Shown: positions 1-11,590 of the stretch, piece by piece
How positions within the stretch are numbered: position 1 is the first letter of the stretch
Layout: each line of letters starts with the position of its first letter
Source of the DNA: Macrostomum lignano
Taxonomy: Eukaryota
Length of the DNA stretch: 36,998 nt
Direction of reading: 5' to 3'
Assembly: GCA_002269645.1 (NCBI GenBank)
Contig: NIVC01001473.1
Coordinates: 1-36,998 of the forward strand
Made by a program: the position numbers and the translations under genes
Notes under the pieces: generated by a model
Seen by the model: the letters and a program-made list of their open reading frames with translations, nothing else
Databases searched by the model: none
What the model was told of the DNA's origin: nothing

Positions 1-117
1 ATGATCTCGCGTCCACTAATAACACCTGACTGAAGCATACTTCACTGAGAGCTCTCGCCGTTCAGTTTTGTGCGATTGTCCCTGCGTTTCGGAAAAAATG
101 CGACAGTTAAAATCTTT

Positions 118-2255
118 GAGAATCTCGACCTGGAGAATCTCGACTCTTGAGAATCTCGACCTTGAGAATCTCGACCTTGAGAGAATCTCGACCTTGAGAG
201 AAGCTCGACCTTGAGAGAATCTCGACCTTGAGAGAATCTCGACCTTGAGAATCTCGACTCTTGAGAGAATCTCGACCTTGAGAATCTCCACTCTTGAGAG
301 AATCTCGACCTAGAGAATCTCGACTCTTGAGAGAATCTCGACCTTGAGAGAAGCTCGACCTTGAGAATCTCCACTCTTGAGAGAATCTCGACCTTGAGAA
401 TCTCGACCTTGAGAATCTCGACTCTTGAGAGAATCTCGACCTTGAGAATCTCGACTCTTGAGAATCTCGACTCTTGAGAGAATCTCGACCTTGAGAGAAT
501 CTCGACCTTGAGAGAATCTCGACCTTGAGAATCTCGACTCTTGAGAGAAGCTCGACCTTGAGAATCTCGACTCTTGAGAGAAGCTCGACCTAGAGAATCT
601 CGATTCTTGAGAGAATCTCGACCTTGAGAATCTTGACTCTTGAGAGAATCTCGACCTTGAGAGTCTCGACCTTGAGAATCTCGACTCTTGAGAGAATCTC
701 GACCTTGAGAGAAGCTCGACCTTGAGAATCTCCACTCTTGAGAGAATCTCGACCTTGAGAGTCTCGACCTTGAGAATCTCGACTCTTGAGAGAATCTCGA
801 CCTTGAGAGAAGCTCGACCTTGAGAATCTCCACTCTTGAGAGAATCTCGACCTTGAGAGAATCTCGACCTTGAGAGAAGCTCGACCTTGAGAGAAGCTCG
901 ACCTTGAGAGAAGCTCGACCTTGAGAATCTCCACTCTTGAGAGAATCTCGACCTAGAGAATCTCGACTCTTGAGAGAATCTCGACCTTGAGAGAAGCTCG
1001 ACCTTGAGAATCTCCACTCTTGAGAGAATCTCGACCTTGAGAGAATCTCGACCTTGAGAGAAGCTCGACCTTGAGAGAAGCTCGACCTTGAGAGTCTCGA
1101 CCTAGAGAATCTCGACCTTGAGAGAAGCTCGACCTAGAGAATCTCGACCTTGAGAATCTTGACTTTTGAGAGAATCTCGACCTTGAGAGTCTCGACCTAG
1201 AGAATCTCGACCTTGAGAATCTTGACTTTTGAGAGAATCTCGACCTTGAGAGTCTCGACCTAGAGAATCTCGACTCTTGAAAGAATCTCGACCTTGAGAG
1301 TCTCGAACTGAAGAATCTCGACCTTGAGAGTCTCGAACTGAAGAATCTCGACCTTGAGAATCTCGACTCTTGAGTGAAGCTCGACCTTGAGAGTCTGGAA
1401 CTGGAGAATCTCGACCTTGAGAGAATCTCGACTCTTAAGAGAATCTCGACCTTGAGAATCTCGACCTTGAGAATCTCGACCTTGAGAGTCTCGACCTAGA
1501 GAATCTCGACCTTGAGAGAAGCTCGACCTAGAGAATCTCGACCTTGAGAATCTTGACTTTTGAGAGAATCTCGACCTTGAGAGTCTCGACCTAGAGAATC
1601 TCGACTCTTGAAAGAATCTCGACCTTGAGAGTCTCGAACTGAAGAATCTCGACCTTGAGAGTCTCGAACTGAAGAATCTCGACCTTGAGAATCTCGACTC
1701 TTGAGTGAAGCTCGACCTTGAGAGTCTGGAACTGGAGAATCTCGACCTTGAGAGAATCTCGACTCTTAAGAGAATCTCGACCTTGAGAATCTCGACCTTG
1801 AGAATCTCGACCTTGAGAGTCTCGACCTAGAGAATCTCGACCTTGAGAGAAGCTCGACCTAGAGAATCTTGACCTTGAGAATCTTGACTCTTGAGAGAAT
1901 CTCGACCTTGAGAGTCTCGACCTAGAGAATCTCGACCTTGAGAGAAGCTCGACCTAGAGAATCTTGACCTTGAGAATCTTGACTCTTGAGAGAATCTCGA
2001 CCTTGAGAGTCTCGACCTAGAGAATCTCGACCTTGAGAGAAGCTCGACCTAGAGAATCTCGACCTTGAGAATCTTGACTCTTGAGAGAATCTCGACCTTG
2101 AGAGTCTCGACCTAGAGAATCTCGACCTTGAGAGAATCTCGACCTTGAGAATCTCGACCTTGAGAATCTCGACCTTGAGAATCTCGACCTTGAGAATCTC
2201 GACCTAGAGAATCTCGACCTTGAGAATCTCGACCTTGGGAATCTGGACTCTTGAG
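118..2255. repeat. Satellite array of 15-17-nt units (gagaatctcgaccttga and variants)
   Basis: About 2.1 kb of uninterrupted tandem units. An internal 331-nt higher-order duplication is visible (tctcgaactg at 1301 and 1632; tctggaactgg at 1394 and 1725). Confidence 0.97.
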
Positions 2256-2643
2256 AAACTGCTGAAAACTGCTCGCGACTCTCCGAAGCCAGACAATTAA
2301 TAACAAACCAGTGAGAAGTGCTGGCGATAGGGATTGAATGGAATAAGGGTTCATTTCCGACCATTTCAATTCCATTAAATGCAGCTGTCACAACGCAGAG
2401 TAAATAGACAGACTGAGCACTATACAATCAATGAGTTATGACTTTATGAGTAAATTTGAACTGGCGTTCCACACACTATGTTTCTATTTATTCAATCAGG
2501 CAATCAATCAATTTATGAACGAATTTGTTCTAGAATAGAATTTTATTTGAAACGAGTGAAAAAATCAGTGCAACTTTTATTGACAATTGCTTTGTTAAAT
2601 TGGGTCACTCAAGAGAGACTTTTTCTGCGATTTCCGCTGAAGA

Positions 2644-3363
2644 CGCTATTACATCAATCTTAGGCACTCTGACATCAATCTTAGGCGCTATTACATCAAT
2701 CTTAGGCACTCTTACATCAATCTTAGGCGCTATTGGAGCAATCTTAGACGCTATTAGAGCAATCTTAGTCACTCTTAGATCAATCTTAGGCGTTCTTGCA
2801 TCAATCTTAGGCGCTCTTACATCAATCTTAGGCGCTATTAGATCAATCTTAGGCGCTATTAGAGCAATCTTAGGCGCTATTAGAGCAATCTTAGACGCTA
2901 TTAGAGCAATCTTAGACGCTATTAGAGCAATCTTAGGCGCTATTAGAGCAATCTTAGACGCTATTAGAGCAATCTTAGACGCTATTAGATCAATCTTAGG
3001 CGCTATTAGATCATGTAGGTCGTACGCTACACTCTCTGCCTCACATTATTCATGACTTACCCTCTCGCCTAAACTTGTTTACCGATTCTCGACCAATCAC
3101 GCATCGCTTTACCCCCACCCCCAATATTGACTAATAAATATATTGAGCAAACAAAGCCACACAGAGGCCACCTTTCTCGGCACGCAAACCTAGACTTCAC
3201 AGATCAATCTTAGGCGCGATTAGAGCAATCTTAGGCGCTATTAGATCAATCTTAGGCGCGATTAGAGCAATCTTAGGCGCTATTAGAGCAATCTTAGGCG
3301 CTATTAGATCAATCTTAGGCGCTATTAGATCAATCTTAGGCGCTATTAGATCAATCTTAGGCT
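2644..3363. repeat. 21-nt minisatellite (atcaatcttaggcgctattag), split by a ~187-nt insert at 3014-3200
   Basis: Tandem units read directly at 2644-3013 and 3201-3363. Confidence 0.95.
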
Positions 3364-3399
3364 ACTAGCTATACTTCAATTTTGGCCAGCCCTAAGGCT

Positions 3400-3760
3400 T
3401 TCACAGATGGATTCCGATTGCAATGCCAAAACTCATCAATATACCAATATCAGCTTCAGCAAATCCAAAGCTAACCTCATGTGAAAACTGGTCATGGTCA
3501 GGTTTCTTGGCGAGCATCAATTATACAACAGATCCCAATACCCACCTGGGCAGGTGAAAAAAAAGTAAAGCCATTCCCATTCGTGGCCATACTCCAAGAT
3601 TCGAAGATCTCAAAGCCGAAAAATAAGAAGCGGTGTCTGTTGGTAGGGTCCAGCGAAATCAATGCTTGTAAGCTTCTGTATGAGGGGATTAGCATTATGG
3701 GTCTGGCTGGGAAACTCTGGAGCTATTCCTTCTCCAAAGTTTGAAGATTTAAGCGTCTCA
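3400..3760 (-). mobile_element. Decayed LTR-retrotransposon integrase fragment
   Basis: Minus strand reads SIDFAGPY (3646-3663 = IDFAGP, resembling the Ty3/gypsy integrase first-Asp motif). Further on it reads DQFSHEVSFGFAEADIGI, loosely like GxQFTSxxFxxFxxxxGI. Stops and frameshifts are present. Confidence 0.4.
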
Positions 3761-4398
3761 CATTTTACCCACATCGTCTGAGTGGCAGCAGACGACTTGT
3801 GCGGTCAAGTTGCCGGGGAGACCCTCCCATGACAGACAAAATTCCGTTACAGGATCCCATGGCTGCCACGCAACTGCCAAGGCCTGCTAAGTTGTTTCCT
3901 AAAGCTGCACAGCTTTTTCCCTTCCCTCCCCCAGGACGAGGGCTGCGCACGCGGGACCCCAGTCTCCAAGTGGAGTGTGGGTTGTGAAGACAGCCAAAAT
4001 CCTTTTTTCTCTGGGAGTTGTTCAGCGTGTCCCCAAATCACACGCAGGTTTAACTGGTCTACAACCCTCTTTTTCTGCAACACCGGAATAGAAGAAAGAG
4101 GAACGGGCCATGCGGTCCGCAGTCGCTGGACTGCCACATCATGCGATCTTCGCTTCTCATTGTATTTCATGACTTCAATAGCCTTTCTTCTCAGTCAACC
4201 AACCAGAGGGACATGGAGTTCTAAATACAGCAACTGGAGTTTGTAGCCGTGGTTGTTGTTGTCATTAGTTAATCCTGAGCGCGCAGCACGCACCTCGGAT
4301 ATCTACGACTACCAATCTACCATAGACAATTGAAGAGGATTTTCTAGACTGAATTTGTCTATGGCCAAACCGCATTCAGCGTTATGTTGTCATATAGG

Positions 4399-4868
4399 TT
4401 TTGTCAGCCTAACTGAGAATAAAGCCATCCAAAGTGAGAATTCTGCCTACGCTGACTGCGAAGGGCCTGGCTGCGTGCAGCCTTAGTCTATGGGCCATAG
4501 ACTATAATGGATAAGCAAAGTGATAAAAAGCCATCCAATGTGAGAATCCTGCCTACGCTGAATACGAAGGGCCTAGCTGCATCCAGCCTAGTCTATGAGC
4601 CATAGACTATAAAGGACAAGCAAAGTGTGTTCCTGTTTCCGTTATTCCGTTCAAGCTATTGGCTAGTCATATGGCTCAGAAGGTATAAAAATAAAATAAT
4701 ACGACACATAGACCAATCGATTCTCACATTGGATTGCTTTTTATCACTTTGCTTGTCCTTTATTGTCTATGGCCCATAGACTAAGGGTGCACGCAGCCAG
4801 GCCCTTCGCAGTCAGCGTAGGCAGGATTCTCATTTTGGGTGGCTTTATTCTCAGTTAGGCTGACAAAA
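4399..4868. mobile_element. Foldback/MITE-like element with ~150-nt inverted arms
   Basis: 4399-4550 (ttttgtcagcctaactgagaataaagcc...) is the near-exact reverse complement of 4718-4868. The left side carries an extra ~100-nt tandem copy (about 4525-4625). Confidence 0.85.
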
Positions 4869-4984
4869 GCAATACTAAATGCACCAGCGATGCAACAAAT
4901 ATGACGGTCCCTATCGCCCGGGTTCTACTTCAGCTGTCCATGAACGCACTCCCTGCCTTGGACTGAATAAAGTGTATTTACTGT

Positions 4985-5060
4985 GTAGCCGCGCGCGGAA
5001 TCGAACCCGGGGACCACTTTGACGAGTTTCCGCTTTCCACTCCAGATGCTGTATTTGTAT
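4985..5060 (-). mobile_element. Degenerate tRNA-like/SINE head fragment
   Basis: Perfect Pol III B-box GGTTCGATTCC on the minus strand (4997-5007). No convincing cloverleaf or A-box. Confidence 0.3.
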
Positions 5061-5324
5061 CTCCATCAATCAGCCAAGTGGAATTGCTGGGAAGTGAAAA
5101 AAAAACACATTGAAGAGCTCTGACACGATTCAGCACACCTACCAACGGCTGGGAGGAGAGCCTATAGCAGCTATTCATATTATAACAAGGTGAGAAAATT
5201 AAACCATAATTTTCAACTTGAATTGCTAGTCCTTTGGAAGAGGATCAGATCCTTTTATTGTTATTTTTAGTTCTCTCGCAAATTTTTTTCCTAGCCAATG
5301 TATTCCCATCATTGAGGAGCAGAG

Positions 5325-5829
5325 CTTTCCAGGAAACCTTTGCGTTCTATTGCCTGCACCTCTGAAACTTTCCAGGAAATCTAACTTTCCAGGAAACCTT
5401 TGCGTTCTGACTTCCAGGAAATCTAACTTTCCAGGAAACCTTTGCGTTCTATTGCCTGAAACTCTGAAACCTTCCAGGAAATCTAACTTTCCAGGAAACC
5501 TTTGCGTTCTGGGGGGTGTTTCTCGAAACTCACGTAAGTTCTATGGTAAGTTAGATCGTAAGAAAGAAATTTACGTGTAGCGTAAGTTTGCTCGTAAGAC
5601 GCTTTCTCAAAACTCACTTAGACTTTGCGTGGCTTACGCTGTTCGTAAGTCGTATCTGAAACGAAAAGTTACATGTCTATGGTCATAAATCTGCAAATAT
5701 CTTTACTTAGTCTATCGTAAGTTGCTTTCGAGAAAGACCCCCCTGACTTCCAGGAAATCTAACTTTCCAGGAAACCTTTGCGTTCTATTGCCTGAAACTC
5801 TGAAACTTTCCAGAAAATCTAACTTTCCA
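5325..5829. repeat. Tandem repeat built on ttccaggaaatctaactttccaggaaacctttgcgttct, interrupted by a MITE
   Basis: Units visible at 5325-5511 and 5743-5829. Confidence 0.9.
5512..5742. mobile_element. PIF/Harbinger-type MITE (231 nt)
   Basis: 17-nt TIRs GGGGGT(G/C)TTTCTCGAAA with 1 mismatch. 3-nt TSD CTG at 5509-5511 and 5743-5745. Many internal cgtaag motifs. The empty site gcgttctgacttcc is preserved in a neighbouring repeat unit at about 5402-5415. Confidence 0.8.
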
Positions 5830-6619
5830 CTAACGTCAACTTCAAAAAATCAAGTTCAAAAACTTTCAAAATAAAAGAATCGGAGACCAGAAAAGTGAGA
5901 AGAGGACGCGCTTTGCTCATTTCTCTCTTTTCACTCCATCAATTCGATGTTGTGTCTGCCTATAGCCAGTCAAGGCGAGAATACGAGAGAGACGAGAGAG
6001 AGACATCAGCAACATGCGTTGCTTTGAAAGACATCTCGCCGCCCTGTCAGTAATCCGAAGCAAGCATGCTGAGGGATTAAGTCCTTGGGGGGGGGGGAGC
6101 TGCATGGAGATCAGATCCTCTAACCCTGTGCCCAGATAAGAGGGACGCAGTAGGGGAAAGCCGCAACAAAAACACGCTGAGCTGGAGCCCTCTCGGAAGC
6201 TTATCTGACTATTACAGACGGCGCTTGACCTGATCCCTCCCCAGATCCCTCTAAAAAAGAATTGATGAGAAGGAGGGATATCTGGATAAGAAGAGCAGAA
6301 TGACCTCGTACTGGACCGCGTGACGCGGACTAAGGATCTTGAAGTGTATCGGTGCGCAGGCTAGAAAAGATGGAGTGATCGATTGGCTATCCAACTCTGA
6401 GGGATGATTCTAGCGGAGTCGGAAGAGTACTGAGTCAAAATTTAAACTTTCTCCTTATATCAACAATTTATTCATTACATGGCCTGTACGGTGTTGAAAC
6501 TACGGGGCTCGAGCTACCATCCTGTATTTCCAACGCAGCACAGAGCTACGGACCTATCACAGGCTTCCATGCACTGGTGAACTCGTTCCATGCAGTCGTT
6601 TACGGATTTCTGCCGAAAG

Positions 6620-6715
6620 CAGCCTATTGTTCAGCGTACTAACCGCGATCAACTCTGCTTAACTTGGAAGTGCTGGCGGCGAATGCGCAGGGTCCAGGCT
6701 GGGGTTATATGATAG
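6620..6715 (-). mobile_element. 5S-rRNA-derived sequence (SINE3-like head or 5S pseudogene)
   Basis: Minus strand 6665-6636 aagttaagcagagttgatcgcggttagtac matches metazoan 5S AAGCTAAGCAGGGTCGGGCCTGGTTAGTAC at 23/30 positions. The C-box is not conserved. Confidence 0.5.
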
Positions 6716-6812
6716 AGCTTTCCTGCTTTCCTTATTTCTTCAATCCTTAAGAGAATCCTGACTCCCAGCTCCTAGCTTTTCTCTGCTATAGAATAATTTT
6801 AGTATATCAAGA

Positions 6813-6842
6813 CTAGCACAATGCCCCCCTTCGGGGATGCAC
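6813..6842 (-). mobile_element. Helitron-like 3' terminus (hairpin + CTAG|T)
   Basis: Minus strand gcatccccgaaggggggcattgtgCTAG|t. The same hairpin occurs at about 11430 and 18774. 5' end not identified. Confidence 0.55.
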
Positions 6843-7730
6843 ACGTAAACAAATTAATAAGCAGCATCCTGCCAGATTCTAATGCGGTGCTTAGCAAACA
6901 GTTCATGCATACTTTATCTTACAACTTCTTTGTTATAAAGTCAAGGTCTTCATGCTAAAAACTGTCCCCTGAAAAGCAAGCTTTCGTATTAACTACTCGG
7001 ATATTCACGTTATGATTGGCTCTTGGAGTGAGCGATTAAGTGATTAAAATTGTAGGGAAAATACTGAGTGAGCTTCCTGAACTCTAGATTCTGTCTTTAG
7101 GATTCCTTGCAATTAACTCTTGACTCAAAGATCTTATGCAAGCTCAAGAAGTCAGTCCCGGGCGTCCCCATAGCGCAGGTCCCGCGAGTCTTGCAAGATA
7201 TGCCAATAAAAAGGCCAAAGATGTAATATTACCTGTTGCAATAGAGTCCAAAGACACGCAAAGTAGACATTGATGCCGGCTTTGATGAATTAATAAGAAA
7301 AAGTCAACAAAGAAGGATCTAATAGCTATTCTTGGTTTTGTCTATCAAAAAGATAGAACGCAAAAAAGTCATACCATTGCAATGTGAGTCCTCACCGAAA
7401 TAGCGTGCGCGGTTACTGATACTGCAATCTGCACTGAACCTGGCCACAGTGCAAGCACGAAAGTTTGCTTTTGCCTTTGTTCGCACGTGTTTTTATTACG
7501 GCCTCTTTTTGCTTTCGCTACCTTCTTTGTGCTCTTAAGCTTCTTGTTGGACTCATGTTAACTAAAGGGGTCATCATGAGCTCTAAATACTAGGTAAAAA
7601 GTTGCAAATTTCTTTAAAGATTTTCATGAGTAGGGAATGGAGATATGCGCAGATGTGAGCTCATATTGATTAATAATTTAAATGGTACGAATATTCAATA
7701 ATGGGATTGATCGTTATAGGATATTCAAAC

Positions 7731-8342
7731 GATGGGGAACTTCCAAGATGGGAAACAAACTTCTAGGATGGAGAACTTCCAGGATGGTGAACTTCCAGGA
7801 TGGGGAACTTAGAGGGTGGGAACTTCCAGGATGGGGAACTTAGAGGATGGGGAACTTAGAGGATGGGGAACTTAGAGGGTGGGGAACTTCCAGGATGGGG
7901 AACTTCCAGGATGGGGAACTTCGAGGATGGGGAACTTAGAGGGTGGGGAACTTCCAGGATGGGGAATTCCAGGATGGGGAATTCCAGGATGGGGAACTGC
8001 AGGATGGGGAACTTCCAGGATGGGGAACTTTGAGGATGGGGAAATTCCAGGATGGGGAATTCTAGGATGGGGAATTCCAGGATGGGGAATTCCAGGATGG
8101 GGAATTCCAGGAAGGGTAATTCTAGGATGGGGAATTTCCAGGATGGGTAACTTCCAGGATGGGGAACGTCCAGGATGGGGAATTCCAGGATGGGGAATTT
8201 CCAGGATGGGTAACTTCCAGGATGGGGAATTCCAGGATGGGGAATTCCAGGATGGGAAACTTCGAGGGTGGGGAACTTCCAGAATGGGGAACTTCCAGGA
8301 CGGGGAACTTCCAGGATGGGGAACTTCCAGGATTGGAAACTT
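7731..8342. repeat. 15-16-nt G-rich minisatellite (ggggaacttccaggat / ggggaattccaggat)
   Basis: Tandem units read directly. Confidence 0.95.
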
Positions 8343-8771
8343 CAGTACACAGGGAGTCACTTTGGCGCTTATCCTGGTCTGGAATTGGTGACGAGGTGCC
8401 CAGAAAAGCAGAAAATTCTGAGACAGATATCCGCAAAACATTTCCCACAAGCCTTGTATGTTGGTAGTCCGCAGAGTTGATATTCGAGCATCCGCCGGAC
8501 TCTCGAGAGATCCTGATCTGCTCTCAGCTCCCGTCTGCCCCGCTCCGCTTGTTTTCATTGAATATATTCTCGGTGCGTAAATTTACTCTGAGACCAGATT
8601 TTTCCATTGCTCAGACAGATTGGCTCAGTGAGGGAGGATCCTTCGGGTCAGACAGAAGTACGCGTGCATGCAAGGCTTTTCGACGCTTCATTAATTATTC
8701 ATGAGCAGTCGCTACCGTTCGGCCAAGAACTACTATATGGAGTAGTTTGGATTGGAGTTCAGATAAAATGG

Positions 8772-9498
<727 letters not shown>

Positions 9499-9737
9499 CT
9501 CTCCTTGAGTGAATAGCGCCTAAGCATCGAAAGTCAGAATTCGGGTTTGGCTGTGCAACTAATGGACTGACTTTGTGGAACAGAAGAGCAAGTGCTACTG
9601 GGAGCGTCTATCGAGAAAGTCTCTTCTTAAGGGCGTGGCTTTTTGAAACAAATTTTGAGCTGATCTGACTCATTATCTGTTTAGAAATCGTAAAGTTTCT
9701 CAAATATCTTTCAGCAGCATCTGATTTAGCGTATATA

Positions 9738-9916
9738 AATGAGTTACAGTAGTGAATTCGAATGAGTTACAGTAGTGACGTCGAATGAGTTACAGTAGTG
9801 ACGTCAATGAGTTACAGTAGTGACGTCGAATGAGTTACAGTAGTGACGTCAACGAGTTACAGTAATGACGTCGAATGAGTTGCAGTAGTGACGTGAATGA
9901 GTACAGTAATAGCGTC
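9738..9916. repeat. ~23-nt minisatellite (aatgagttacagtagtgacgtcg)
   Basis: About 8 tandem units. Confidence 0.92.
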
Positions 9917-11429
9917 AGTCTGTCATTCATAATTTGGAATCGAATCGTGTTGCATTGTATTTTTTGTTCGAGAAAAAACATTCCCTCTGAGTCACTATTG
10001 ATTAATGCAGAAGAGTAGTGGCTCTGTGACTCGTGCCCGAAGGTGCTCAATAATAAAGGGAAGCAAGCGATGGGGTATTATTCCCAATGAGAATCACGGC
10101 ACGACTTCCTCTAACCTGAAGCACGCGCCCAATGCCCAGAACATCCCGCCATTTTCTGGGTGACTTGCTATCTACCTCTTATTTGTCATTCTCTCTCTTT
10201 GCTATTCTCTTCTCTTCTCTGTCTTTCGTTCCCGCTGTCCGAAGTCAGTTGAAAACACGTTCCAAAATCTTCGTGTTCGGCTGCTAATGAGGCCCGGGCC
10301 TATCGAACTGATGCATCGAGCTCTCTCCGTGTGTAATTTCTTTAGCATTACTGTTGTAAGCTTAGTTAATTGAAATTGCGATAAACAGGGTTGGGAGAGA
10401 ATGACGGACACGATACGGATGTACAAGATTCAATTTTATCATGTCTTCTTTTTTCTAATTTTACGGATTTTTACAGATTACGGGGAGCATTGGGCACCCG
10501 GATGTTTGTTTGTTTGTTTATCATTTCCTGGAGTGTGTGTTTACCGAGGGAATTGGGTACCCAATTTCTTGTGTTTTTACTTTTTTATAATTTTTGGTAA
10601 CTGGACAATCCTAATGTTCGCTATTGTATTATGTTATGGATTTATTTTTTTTAGTTTATTTAGTTTGTTTTTTTTCTGTTCGATAAGTTACTCGTAGAAT
10701 CGTTCAATATAAGTACATATCAGGTCTTGGTTTCGTAGTTAGTTACATATTAGTTATTACTAAATCCGACACTCTCTGGTTCTTACTTTTGTCACAGAAA
10801 ACATAATTTGACTCTTGCCTCGCAAGAAGCTTGACAAGCCTCGCCCCCAACCCCGTGTTCGAGATAATTAGTCCTACAGCACTCTGCTTGGGTTCAAATG
10901 CATCTCCCTCTCTGCTTCATCGACTGTTTTTGCGTCGAAAATTGTCTTTCAAGATTTTTTAATTGCCTACTGTCTAATTGTTTTTTTTAATGAGTGCTAA
11001 GCAATTTTTGGCTGACAAAATTATCACTGCAAGCGGGGCAGTTCAATTCAAATTTTGTATCTACTGTTGCACCTGATGACCCCATAAGATTTGCTTGCAT
11101 CGCCATCGAGTGAGGCCTATTTTTCTCGTGATCACACGACTTTAGAAGCGTCATTTTTAAATGAATTTTTGTACACCAGTCGCGTGACTTGATGGCTCAA
11201 CTGACAACATAATAACCAAGTTAAGATATATATTAGTTTTAGTATTACATATAGTTTTAGTATTACATATTTGAAAATTAATGTCTCACTTGTATTGCAA
11301 ATAATGCCTTAAAAGTACATTGCTAGAGCATACCTAGCCTAAGATTGATGCTTATTTATGATCAGTCTTTAATCCGGCCAGATAAACTCTAGATTTCAAT
11401 GTGCACATAAAATCTGTTGTAGAATATGA

Positions 11430-11590
11430 CTAGCAATCTATAGTGCCCCCCTTCAGGGCGCCCAATGAGCAAGGGAAAAAAATTATTTATGTGAATCCTT
11501 TTTGCTTTGATACCTAAGCAATTCCCCCCTTAAGCCTTGACATCTTAGCGATTCCCCCCTTAAGCCTTGACATCTTAGCATATAATATGA
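11430..11590 (-). mobile_element. Short non-autonomous Helitron-like element with internal 30-nt duplication
   Basis: Minus strand a|TCATATTATA... 5' end at 11590. 3' end ...gccctgaaggggggcactatagattgCTAG|t at 11430. A/T target, no TSD. Confidence 0.55.

Noticed and set aside
16-2427. ORFs rich in SRSRFS / VEILK that look like SR-protein RS domains
   Set aside because: They are translations of the 15-17-nt satellite and are open in several frames, with no RRM or splice context.
2600-3055. ILGAIRA heptad ORF resembling an amphipathic or coiled-coil protein
   Set aside because: A 21-nt repeat necessarily gives 7-aa periodicity; no other support.
6850-7570. Minus-strand peptide fragments (for example GTPGTDFLSL, SCLHCGQ) hinting at a captured methyltransferase or Zn-finger gene
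   Set aside because: Many stops and motifs too short to call without a search.
7872-8558. GWGIP / PHPG repeat ORFs
   Set aside because: Minisatellite translation.
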